Shown here: piece after piece, positions 53,101-61,825 of the stretch | How the letters are laid out: each line of letters opens with the position of its first letter | Position numbering within the stretch: position 1 is the stretch's first letter | From: a bacterium | GTDB lineage: Bacteria; Patescibacteriota; Saccharimonadia; Saccharimonadales; UBA4665 | Length of the DNA stretch: 64,000 bases | Assembly: GCA_021799575.1 (NCBI GenBank) | Contig: JAJZAD010000004.1 | Coordinates: forward strand, 7,062 to 71,061 | Direction: 5' to 3' | Position numbers and translations under genes: made by a program | The notes under the pieces: model-generated | The model's input: only the letters and a program-made list of their open reading frames with translations | The model's database searches: none | Told to the model about the DNA's origin: nothing

Positions 53101-53134
53101 ATGGGTTGCAGTGGGTAATAGTGGGTAGTATAGT
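53101..53134 (+). promoter_or_regulatory. Candidate mraZ promoter (TTGCAG, 17 bp spacer, TATAGT) overlapped by three (A/G)TGGGT direct repeats at exact 10-bp spacing (MraZ operator-like)
   Basis: ATGGGT at 53101-06, GTGGGT at 53111-16 and GTGGGT at 53121-26. The -35-like TTGCAG is at 53106-11 and the -10 TATAGT at 53129-34. A degenerate AGTGGC occurs at 53141-46. Confidence 0.55.
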
Positions 53135-53212
53135 CTGATTAGTGGCTTATATAGAACAACACCAAAATAGTGTCGATCTATCAAAAATAAAAACCACTAG
53201 TAAATATAAGGG

Positions 53213-53575
53213 ATGGCTACAATAGATTACTTCGAACGGAGGCTTGACGACAAAAACCGGTTAACGATACCGGCCGAACTTAGAGCCGAATTCGCAAGAG
53301 GTGTTGTGGTAACCCGCGGCTTTAAAAAATACCTGCACCTCTATCCTAAACAGATTTGGGACGAAACGGTGGAGCCGGCGCTTAAAGGGAGCATTCTCGA
53401 TGAGGCCACGGCGGACATTAACGTTCAGTTTAGGATGGGCAAGATAGAGGGACCATTAGATGATAAGCAAGGACGTATCGTACTTGAGCAACATCTTTTG
53501 GACTATGCAGGTATAAAAAAAGATTTGATAGCCGTAAGAGCAGGGCAATACTGGCGGCTGATAGCCAAGCAGTGA
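53213..53575 (+). CDS. mraZ: Transcriptional regulator MraZ (short, two DxxxR repeats)
   Basis: 120 aa with DDKNRLTIPAELR and DDKQGRIVLEQHL. It heads the dcw cluster. Confidence 0.85.
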   Translation: MATIDYFERRLDDKNRLTIPAELRAEFARGVVVTRGFKKYLHLYPKQIWDETVEPALKGSILDEATADINVQFRMGKIEGPLDDKQGRIVLEQHLLDYAGIKKDLIAVRAGQYWRLIAKQ

Positions 53576-53892
53576 TTACCGATATGGATGGCCCTAAAAA
53601 TTAGCGTACTTTAACAATTTAAACTGAAGACAAAAACCAAACACTATCCTCGAGGTTAGCTATTCGGCAGTCAACAAGTGGACACTGGACACACTCTAAA
53701 CGGTCCTCGTTCTTTTCTCAAAAACACCTCCCAAAACTCCACCTCACACAAAGTCTCTCTCAAACTCTTCGTAAAAAGCGGTAAGAAGTTTGAAGATTTT
53801 TTTAAAATCATTTAGATTTTTCTTACATGTAGCTTTTTTCGAACCAATCAAAAACAAAAACTCATTAAAACAAAAAGTTGGCTGCTGAATAG

Positions 53893-54816
53893 GTGACCTT
53901 GTACAAAAACAAAAACAAGAAAATGCACCGAAATCCTCACACTAATAATGTTCATACACCGGTTATGCTCGCCGAAGTCATCGAGTACGTTGAGCCATTA
54001 AAAGCTGAACGATATCTGGATGTAACGGCTGGTTATGGTGGTCATGCAGAAGCTATTTTAGGCCGGAGCGAAAATTATGAGCAGTCGGTATTAATCGACA
54101 GGGATGCTTCCGCCATAAAAGAACTCATGCATAAGTTTGGAGGCAGGGGTATACAAATCCTGCACCAAGACTACCTATCTGCAAGTTTAAGCTTGCTCAA
54201 GCAGGGCCGCAGTTTTGATATTATAGTTGCGGATTTAGGGGTATCGTCACCGCACCTTAACGAGGTTAGTCGAGGCTTTAGTTTTACTAAAGACGCACCG
54301 CTCGATATGCGTATGGACCAGCAGCAACAACTTACTGCTTGGGACATAGTTAATAAATCGAGTGAAGAGCAATTAGCAGATGTCTTGCGAAATTACGGTG
54401 AAGAGCCGCGATATCGTCAGATAGCTAAATTAATTGTTAAAAACCGTCCAATCAGTTCTACAACGGAGCTGGCTGCTCTTGCGCAAAAAGCGTGGGGTAG
54501 GCATAGCCGTACCCACCCGGCAACTAGGACGTTTCAGGCAATTAGAATTGCCGTAAACGATGAGCTTACGCAATTAGGCCAGGCCTTACCGGTTTGGTTA
54601 AGGCTACTTGCTCCGAAAGGCCGTTTGGCGATCATTTCCTTCCATAGCCTGGAAGATAGGGTCGTCAAACAGTTTTTCGCTAGCGAGTCGGGAGATCGTT
54701 ACGATTCTATCCTGACCGTACTAACCAAACACCCGGTAGCTCCGGGTCCTCACGAAATAGCCAATAATCCGCGTTCTCGTAGTGCTAAACTACGGGTCGC
54801 AGTGAAACAAAAATGA
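53893..54816 (+). CDS. rsmH: 16S rRNA (cytosine1402-N4)-methyltransferase RsmH/MraW
   Basis: HTPVML, DVTAGYGGHAE, ADLGVSSPHL and SFHSLEDRVVK. The ORF opens with GTG 53893, but ATG 53923 (MHRNPH...) is an equally plausible start. Confidence 0.9.
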   Translation: MTLYKNKNKKMHRNPHTNNVHTPVMLAEVIEYVEPLKAERYLDVTAGYGGHAEAILGRSENYEQSVLIDRDASAIKELMHKFGGRGIQILHQDYLSASLSLLKQGRSFDIIVADLGVSSPHLNEVSRGFSFTKDAPLDMRMDQQQQLTAWDIVNKSSEEQLADVLRNYGEEPRYRQIAKLIVKNRPISSTTELAALAQKAWGRHSRTHPATRTFQAIRIAVNDELTQLGQALPVWLRLLAPKGRLAIISFHSLEDRVVKQFFASESGDRYDSILTVLTKHPVAPGPHEIANNPRSRSAKLRVAVKQK

Positions 54817-54905
54817 AAGGGAAATGCGAATGCCGATTCAGGTAAAAAGCAACTCCCGGGCATATAAGATCCACGTACGCGTGCTCTAATGCCTAGTAAG
54901 GGTCG

Positions 54906-54932
54906 GCTCTGTTCCTTAAACCGGAACAGAGC
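54906..54932 (+). other. Perfect 10-bp hairpin in the rsmH-ftsL spacer (no U-tract)
   Basis: GCTCTGTTCC (54906-54915), a 7-nt loop, then GGAACAGAGC (54923-54932). It is followed by TGGCTAAAAAAGG. Confidence 0.5.
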
Positions 54933-54960
54933 TGGCTAAAAAAGGAAACAAAAATAAAAT

Positions 54961-55308
54961 ATGACATATTCAAGCTCACTTGCCCTTTCAAGGGCTCAAT
55001 TTGCAAGCCGAAACCGTAACTCGGTTGCATTTAAAACCCAAACTAAAAAACTAGGTCCAGTAAGCAACACGATAGTTTTAATCGTGTTAGCCTGTTTATT
55101 GGGTCTGTTTTATTTATCTCAAGTTACCAAAACTAATGCCGAAGGCTTTACTTTGAATTCCTTGCAACAGCAACAGTCTCAACTAGAGACGGAGAATGCC
55201 AATCTTGCGGTCTCATCTGCGCAGTTAGAGTCTATCAGTCGGGCACAAAACAGCACAGTAGCTAAGAACATGATTCCACTTACTCCTTCTGCAACCGCTA
55301 CTAATTAG
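54961..55308 (+). CDS. ftsL: FtsL-like cell division protein
   Basis: 115 aa with a single TM segment (IVLIVLACLLGLFYL) followed by a Q/L-rich coiled-coil segment. The rsmH-ftsI position is the canonical place for ftsL. Confidence 0.6.
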   Translation: MTYSSSLALSRAQFASRNRNSVAFKTQTKKLGPVSNTIVLIVLACLLGLFYLSQVTKTNAEGFTLNSLQQQQSQLETENANLAVSSAQLESISRAQNSTVAKNMIPLTPSATATN

Positions 55309-55322
55309 TTATAGTAAAGGTT

Positions 55323-57107
55323 ATGCCTGAATCGTTTAAACCCGATTTATCTACTGTTACGGGCAGAATTCGATTCTGGTCGTCACTTATTATATTAGCA
55401 CTGATAATTTTCGGAATTAGATTATTTTATGTCCAGGTAATCCGTTATGCTCATTACAAGCAGGCGGCTCTTAATGATCAGTTAAAACAATATCAAATAC
55501 CGGCAACCAGGGGGATTATTGAGGCAGAAGACGGCAGTAGTGACGTACCGATAGTACTAAATCAAAAATTATATACGCTTTTTGCCGACCCGCCGTTTAT
55601 TAAGCATCCGTATAGTGTTGCGCAACAATTAAGTAAAATTATCGGCGGTAATCCCGATAGCTATTTGCCAGCGTTAACGGCTAAAAATACCCAATACTCG
55701 ATAATCGCCTACAAACTGACAGGTGCCCAAAACCAGAAAATTACGGCTTTAAACGATCCGGGATTAGGTACCCAGGGTCAGGATTATCGGGTTTATCCCG
55801 ACGGATCATTAGCGGCTCAAGTGCTCGGGTTCGTTAATAATCAAGGAGTGGGAGAGTATGGTGTAGAGCAGGCACTAAACCCGATCTTAAGTGGTAAACC
55901 CGGCATGCTTAAGGCTATTACCGATATTAACGGAGTACCGTTGGCCGCCAGCAAGGAGAATACGCAAATAGCTCCTACTCCCGGTAGTAATGTGGTATTA
56001 ACGCTGAATTTGGGTATCCAGCAACAAGTGGAAAGTATTTTGGCTAAGGAATATAAGGCTACTAAAAGCCAAGAGTTGAGCGCCATTGTAATGGACCCAT
56101 ATAACGGTCACATCAAGGCTATGGCAAATTATCCTACTTATAATCCTGCAGATTACGCTAATGTATCGAACCCTAAACTTTTCCAGAACTATGCAGTTGA
56201 TTATCCTATTGAACCAGGTTCGGTGATGAAAACTCTTACCACTTCGGCGGCTCTCAACAGTGGAGCGATTACTGCTAACGAGTCATTTTACGATCCAGCA
56301 CACTGGGTTATTGACGGGTTTAATATACACGACATATCTATCGACGGCGGTGCCAGAGAGCAGAATATTCAAAGTATATTGGCACTGTCTTTAAATACCG
56401 GAGCTACCTGGATGTTGATGCAAATGAGCCATAAGGGAGGTACTCAGATTAATGCCCACGGTATAGAAACTTGGCACAATTATATGGTTCAGCACTTTTT
56501 ATTAGGTCAAACTACAGGTATTGAGCAAGGTTATGAAGCTAGCGGTTACGTTCCGCCTGCCAATCTTAACGATCCGAGTATAAATTTACGCTATGCCAAT
56601 ACTGCATTCGGTCAAGGAGTAAGCATAACAGCAATCCAATTAATTTCAGCTCTCTCGAGTGTCTTAAACGGTGGGACGTATTATAAGCCGACATTGATAG
56701 ATAAAATTATTTCTCCCAGCGGTAAGGTGAGCGTCAATAAGCCTAAAGTGGAGGAACGTAACGTAGTCAGTCCGTGGGTAGGAAGAGAACTTGAGCCGTT
56801 AATGGAGGGTGTGGTTAAGGCATATTTACAGGGAGGCTTCTCGTTCATGAATTTCCCGGCCAATTATATAGTTGGCGGAAAGACGGGTACCGCACAGGTT
56901 GCTAAGCCGACAGGAGGATATTACTCAAACATATATAATGGTACGTATATCGGTTTCGTTGGCGGGGATACGCCGCAGTACGTCATCGTGGTTTATAATA
57001 TAAAGCCGAATACTCCTGGTTATGCCGGTTCATACGGCGGTCAGCCTGTTTTTGCCGATATCGCTCATATGTTAATTAACGAAGGATATGTTACTCCAAA
57101 AGAATAA
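55323..57107 (+). CDS. ftsI: Class B penicillin-binding protein / FtsI-type transpeptidase
   Basis: 594 aa with a TM anchor, SxxK (GSVMKT), SxN (SLN) and KTG (GGKTGTAQV). Confidence 0.92.
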   Translation: MPESFKPDLSTVTGRIRFWSSLIILALIIFGIRLFYVQVIRYAHYKQAALNDQLKQYQIPATRGIIEAEDGSSDVPIVLNQKLYTLFADPPFIKHPYSVAQQLSKIIGGNPDSYLPALTAKNTQYSIIAYKLTGAQNQKITALNDPGLGTQGQDYRVYPDGSLAAQVLGFVNNQGVGEYGVEQALNPILSGKPGMLKAITDINGVPLAASKENTQIAPTPGSNVVLTLNLGIQQQVESILAKEYKATKSQELSAIVMDPYNGHIKAMANYPTYNPADYANVSNPKLFQNYAVDYPIEPGSVMKTLTTSAALNSGAITANESFYDPAHWVIDGFNIHDISIDGGAREQNIQSILALSLNTGATWMLMQMSHKGGTQINAHGIETWHNYMVQHFLLGQTTGIEQGYEASGYVPPANLNDPSINLRYANTAFGQGVSITAIQLISALSSVLNGGTYYKPTLIDKIISPSGKVSVNKPKVEERNVVSPWVGRELEPLMEGVVKAYLQGGFSFMNFPANYIVGGKTGTAQVAKPTGGYYSNIYNGTYIGFVGGDTPQYVIVVYNIKPNTPGYAGSYGGQPVFADIAHMLINEGYVTPKE

Positions 57108-57167
57108 AGTCATCTGTTAATAAATCTTCACCTAGATTATACTTAACAAGATAAGCTGCCAAATAAA

Positions 57168-58196
57168 ATGTTACATTTTACACTTCAAGTCAACAAACTG
57201 GTAAATGTCTTACTGCTAGGAGTTTTAGGGTTTGGATTAACGATGGCACTAACACCTATCTATACTACTTTGGCGTACAAGTATAAATGGTGGAAAAAAC
57301 AGCGCAAAGAGGCTTGGAGTGGGGGCGAAGCAACCGTGTACAACCGATTGCATGCTGCAAAGCATAAACGCAACATACCTAACATGGCCGGGATAGTTTT
57401 TGTTTTCTCGATAGCTATTATCACGCTTGTGATGAATCTTAAGCGACAGCAAACGTGGTTGCCACTAGCAGGTATGGTGGCGGCAGGACTGATCGGTCTG
57501 GCGGATGACATTATGAATATCAGGGGTGATAATGCTAAGGTTGCGGGTATGCGAGCAAAAGTTAAGTTTGTGCTCTATAGTATAGTCGGTTTGGTTGGCG
57601 GTGTCTGGTTTTATGAAAAACTTAACGTACATTCAATTTACTTACCCTGGGTTCATGAATGGAATATCGGTTTTGGAATTATTATTTTATTTTGGTTTGT
57701 AGTTGTAGCCACCGCCAATTCAGTTAATATAACCGATGGATTAGATGGACTTGCCGGCGGGTTACTGGCCTCTTCATTTTTGGTGTATACCTTTATCTGT
57801 GGCTCTCAAGGCAAATACGTACTGGCCGGTTTTTGTCTAACCGTTGTCGGTGCCATTTTAAGCTATACCTGGTTTAATATTTATCCTGCACGTTTCTTTA
57901 TGGGAGACGTGGGGTCCTTTGCTTTGGGTACTGCCCTAGGCATTATCGCCATGCAGACGGATACCGTGTATATCTTACCGATCATAGGCGCGGTGTACGT
58001 AATTGAAACCGGGTCGGTTATTGTCAATCGACTGTCAAAGAAGATTCGTCATGGCAAGAAAGTCTTTCTGTCTTCACCTATTCACCATCATTTTGAAGCA
58101 TTAGGCTGGCCGGAAACTAAAGTAACGATGCGGTTCTGGATCTTAGGACAAATAGCTGCGGTGATCGGTTTAGTGGTTTATCTGGCAGGGAAGTAG
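57168..58196 (+). CDS. mraY: Phospho-N-acetylmuramoyl-pentapeptide transferase MraY
   Basis: 342 aa, polytopic, with NSVNITDGLDGLAGG. Confidence 0.95.
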   Translation: MLHFTLQVNKLVNVLLLGVLGFGLTMALTPIYTTLAYKYKWWKKQRKEAWSGGEATVYNRLHAAKHKRNIPNMAGIVFVFSIAIITLVMNLKRQQTWLPLAGMVAAGLIGLADDIMNIRGDNAKVAGMRAKVKFVLYSIVGLVGGVWFYEKLNVHSIYLPWVHEWNIGFGIIILFWFVVVATANSVNITDGLDGLAGGLLASSFLVYTFICGSQGKYVLAGFCLTVVGAILSYTWFNIYPARFFMGDVGSFALGTALGIIAMQTDTVYILPIIGAVYVIETGSVIVNRLSKKIRHGKKVFLSSPIHHHFEALGWPETKVTMRFWILGQIAAVIGLVVYLAGK

Positions 58197-58198
58197 TA

Positions 58199-59497
58199 TT
58201 GCAAGGTATGCTCAATAGAATTAGCAATACTATCTTCTCCTCAGGGCGAAAAAGTCTAGCATCTGATGGTGAAACCTTAACATCCGTTCGTCGTCACCAA
58301 CCGGATCATTGGTTATTAATCGAATGCTTAATCCTGCTGGCAATTGGTTTAGCTTTAATTTATTCTATCAGCCCGGCTTTAGCGGATACTACGGGTGTTA
58401 GCGGCAGTTATTATATCGTTAGGCAGGTGATAGCGGTCGCTCTTGCGCTCGTCGCATTCTTTATAACGTATAAATTTCCGATTGCAAAATGGCGAGCATA
58501 TTATAAGTGGCTCTTGGCGGCTGCCGCCTTATGTACGCTTATTGCTATAGTATTGCCTGTAAATCCGAACTATCCGGCACATCGTTGGGTAAGATTTGCC
58601 GGTTTCTCATTTGAATCGGTCGAACTGCTGATTTTTGCCCTACTAGTTTGGTTTGCCCATTTTTTGGCGGTGCGAATAAAAAATGGCACTATTACTAATT
58701 TTACCAAGACTATTCGACCTATACTGGGAGTACTGTTAATAATTGCCGGCATAGTAGCTATTATCCAAAGTGATCTAGGGTCAACAGGTGTAATAGTGGC
58801 CATGATGGGAGTAATGTTGTTTGTCGCCGGGATACCTCTCAAGCGAATTATGATAATAGCGGCCGTAATCGTAGGATTGGTAATAATTTCGGTAATTGCT
58901 TTCCCTTATCGATTAGCTAGAATAGAGACATTTTTACACCCGACTTCAAATTGTCAAACCACCGGCTACCAGGCATGCCAAGCTATGATCGCAGTAGGTA
59001 GTGGCGGAATTAGTGGCTTGGGTTTAGGGAGCGGAGTTCAGGCATACGGTTACCTACCCGAAGCAGATAATGATTCTATCTTTGCTATTTACGCCGAAAA
59101 GTTCGGTTTCATAGGATCGATTATCTTACTGATATTGTTTGCTGGTTTGTTTTGGCGGATGGCGAAGATATCTGAAGGGGCACCTGATGATTTTTCCAAG
59201 CTGATAGTAGTTGGAGCATTGGTTTGGATGAGCACCGAAACACTGATCAACATAGGGGCAATGATCGGTCTGTTGCCATTAAAAGGTATAACCTTGCCGT
59301 TTATTAGCTATGGGGGTACGTCAGTAGTATTCTTTGCTGCCTCTTTAGGCCTTGTATATCAAGTTTCATGCTATACTCCACGCGTATCATTAAAAGATTT
59401 GAAACGTATACGAAGAAGGGCGGCTAGCGATGACTATAGTAGTTACGGGCGGCGGATCAGGGGGGCATATCACTCCGATCTTGGCGGTCGCGGCTGA
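58199..59497 (+). CDS. ftsW: SEDS-family peptidoglycan polymerase FtsW
   Basis: 432 aa, polytopic, with PEADNDSIFA. ATG 58208 is the likely start. The C-terminal tail overlaps murG by 68 nt. Confidence 0.9.
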   Translation: MQGMLNRISNTIFSSGRKSLASDGETLTSVRRHQPDHWLLIECLILLAIGLALIYSISPALADTTGVSGSYYIVRQVIAVALALVAFFITYKFPIAKWRAYYKWLLAAAALCTLIAIVLPVNPNYPAHRWVRFAGFSFESVELLIFALLVWFAHFLAVRIKNGTITNFTKTIRPILGVLLIIAGIVAIIQSDLGSTGVIVAMMGVMLFVAGIPLKRIMIIAAVIVGLVIISVIAFPYRLARIETFLHPTSNCQTTGYQACQAMIAVGSGGISGLGLGSGVQAYGYLPEADNDSIFAIYAEKFGFIGSIILLILFAGLFWRMAKISEGAPDDFSKLIVVGALVWMSTETLINIGAMIGLLPLKGITLPFISYGGTSVVFFAASLGLVYQVSCYTPRVSLKDLKRIRRRAASDDYSSYGRRIRGAYHSDLGGRG

Positions 59498-60602
59498 AAT
59501 TAAAAAGCTTTCTCCTGATACAAGGATTGTATTTATCGGTCAGAAAGGCGGACACCTATTAGATATCGTGGAACAGGACCCGTATATTGATTCTAGTTAT
59601 CAAATTTCGGCCGGAAAGTTTCGGCGGTATCACGGGGAAGGCCTGACCCAATTATTGGATTTTAATACCCAGTATAAGAATGTAAAAGATTTATTTAGAA
59701 CAGTAAGTGGTTTAACTCAGAGCTGGCGTTTACTCGCTAAAATTCGACCAGCGGTAGTATTTACTCGAGGAGGATATGTAAGTGTTCCAGTGGCTTTAGC
59801 GGCCTGGTTGAGACATATACCTTATATTACTCACGATTCTGATTCTATGCCCAGTCTTGCTAACCGAATTATCGCCCCTAAGGCAGCAAAACACGCTGTT
59901 GCTCTTGAGCCTAGTATGTATCCCTATCCTTTATCTAAGACCGTTAGAGTAGGCGTTCCGATTAGTTCGAAATTTCAAACTGTTGATGATCAGACAAAGC
60001 AGCGGTTTAAAAAAGAGATAGCATTAGATAAGTTTAAACAAATGCTATTCGTGACAGGCGGCGGTAATGGTGCTGAGCAACTCAACAGTTTAGTTAAAAA
60101 TAATGTTGAGTACCTGCTTAAGAAGTTTCCTCAATTAGTGATAGTACATATAGCAGGGAGGAATTTATCTGAAGCCTTAGAGAAGGAATATGACAATTTA
60201 TTGCGTCCTGGACTTAGGAAAAGGGTAATAGTGAAGGATTTTGTTACTGATCTATACCGATATAGTGGTGCAGCAGATATCATTATTGCCAGGGGAGGAG
60301 CTACCAATTTGACCGAATTCGCAGCTCAGAGAAAAACCTGTATCATCATTCCATCCAGCCGGTTAATATGGAACTTACGGAATGCCCACGCCTTAGCTAA
60401 ACAAAACGCAATTATTGAACTTAGCGAAGATCAAGCCGAGCAAGAACTTAGGCTTGCACACATTGTTTCCGATTTACTTGATCATAAAGAGAGCAGGGAA
60501 GAATTGGAAACAAATTTTGCTCAATTTTATGTACCCGATGCAGCCAAAAAAATTGCTGAACTTTTACTTGAAATCGCTTATACATCTGAGGTAAATAAGT
60601 AG
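59430..60602 (+). CDS. murG: UDP-GlcNAc:lipid I GlcNAc transferase MurG
   Basis: 390 aa with the N-terminal G-loop VTGGGSGGHITP. Confidence 0.92.
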   Translation: MTIVVTGGGSGGHITPILAVAAEIKKLSPDTRIVFIGQKGGHLLDIVEQDPYIDSSYQISAGKFRRYHGEGLTQLLDFNTQYKNVKDLFRTVSGLTQSWRLLAKIRPAVVFTRGGYVSVPVALAAWLRHIPYITHDSDSMPSLANRIIAPKAAKHAVALEPSMYPYPLSKTVRVGVPISSKFQTVDDQTKQRFKKEIALDKFKQMLFVTGGGNGAEQLNSLVKNNVEYLLKKFPQLVIVHIAGRNLSEALEKEYDNLLRPGLRKRVIVKDFVTDLYRYSGAADIIIARGGATNLTEFAAQRKTCIIIPSSRLIWNLRNAHALAKQNAIIELSEDQAEQELRLAHIVSDLLDHKESREELETNFAQFYVPDAAKKIAELLLEIAYTSEVNK

Positions 60603-60605
60603 CAT

Positions 60606-61553
60606 ATGAAATTCGGTTTCAAAAAAAATCTACCTAAAACAGCTAGACAGGCTGACGCTAGATCAACAAATGAGCCATTACCAATAAACAGTTATTATTA
60701 TTCTCGCAGTCCAATACTACGGCCGGTTAAAGAGGGAGGCAAACAAACTGTTTCTAATTCACGGTCTGAGACAGCTGATAATAAACGAGTTAACAGATAC
60801 AAACGTTGGTTAATGCCATTCGGCTTGGTTGCTTTGATCATAGTAGTCTTGGCGGTTGTCTTAGGCATTAACGGTACTCCTAAAGTAGTAGTTATAGAAC
60901 CGACTAACTTTAATTACGAACCCCACACGCTGAATCAATATAGGACGGCTGCAGCAAACGCTATTAATTCATCTTTGTTTAACAAGTTTAAGTTAACATT
61001 TAGTTCGAGCGATATAGCTGACCAACTGAAAAAAGAATTTCCAGAAATAGAATATGCGTCGTCAACTTATTCACTTATAGGACCGACCCCGGTAGTCTAT
61101 ATACAGTTGTATCGTCCGGAATTGATATACATATCCAGTAGTGGACAAAGTTACATCCTAAACCATGCCGGTGACGTCATCGCTAGTAGCTCTTCGCTGG
61201 ACGTCAATGAACAAAAATCTTTGGCTAAAGTAACCTCTACGGTTGCAGGTGATCCGTCAATCGGTTCGCAAGTGTTAACCTCTAGCGATGTAGCATTCAT
61301 CGCGACAGTGTGGGAAGCGCTTAATGCCAAAAGCATAGCTATAAATAAGATGTCTCTGGTTCCTATGGCTGAGGAACTAGATGTGTATCCGGCAGCAGCC
61401 AGCTACTTTATTAAGTTCAATTTGCACGAAACTGATGCTTTACAGCAGGTAGGCACATATCTTGCGGCGATAGCCACTATTAAACAACAGCATCAACCCA
61501 TGCCCACTCAATATGTAGACGTAAGAGTGGATGGCAGGGCATACTACAAATAA
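60606..61553 (+). CDS. ftsQ: FtsQ/DivIB-like cell division protein
   Basis: 315 aa with a cytoplasmic basic N-terminus, one TM segment (LVALIIVVLAVVLGI) and a POTRA-like extracytoplasmic domain. It occupies the canonical position after murG. Confidence 0.65.
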   Translation: MKFGFKKNLPKTARQADARSTNEPLPINSYYYSRSPILRPVKEGGKQTVSNSRSETADNKRVNRYKRWLMPFGLVALIIVVLAVVLGINGTPKVVVIEPTNFNYEPHTLNQYRTAAANAINSSLFNKFKLTFSSSDIADQLKKEFPEIEYASSTYSLIGPTPVVYIQLYRPELIYISSSGQSYILNHAGDVIASSSSLDVNEQKSLAKVTSTVAGDPSIGSQVLTSSDVAFIATVWEALNAKSIAINKMSLVPMAEELDVYPAAASYFIKFNLHETDALQQVGTYLAAIATIKQQHQPMPTQYVDVRVDGRAYYK

Positions 61554-61816
61554 CTATAGTTATAGACCCTTATACAAGTTAATAAGTAAGTATAGTAGCC
61601 TAAGAAACCAAAACAAAAATTTAATAGACGATTCCCCGGTTCTACCCTAGTAGTTCGTAATTTGTTCACTAATGAAAAAATAAACGGTTCAGGAGAATAT
61701 TAATATAAAAATAGTATTTTCTTTAAAAAGCAAATTTTTAGAGATAGAGAAGGCAGGATAGGGGACAAATATAAATAAATTAAAATCGACAAAATGCAAA
61801 TTCCTAGATACTTATC

Positions 61817-61825
61817 TGTGGATAA
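61817..61825. promoter_or_regulatory. Perfect DnaA-box 9-mer embedded in a 26-bp imperfect palindrome
   Basis: TGTGGATAA at 61817-61825 within AGATACTTATC-TGTG-GATAACTATAT (61806-61831, arms matching 9/11). Confidence 0.35.
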
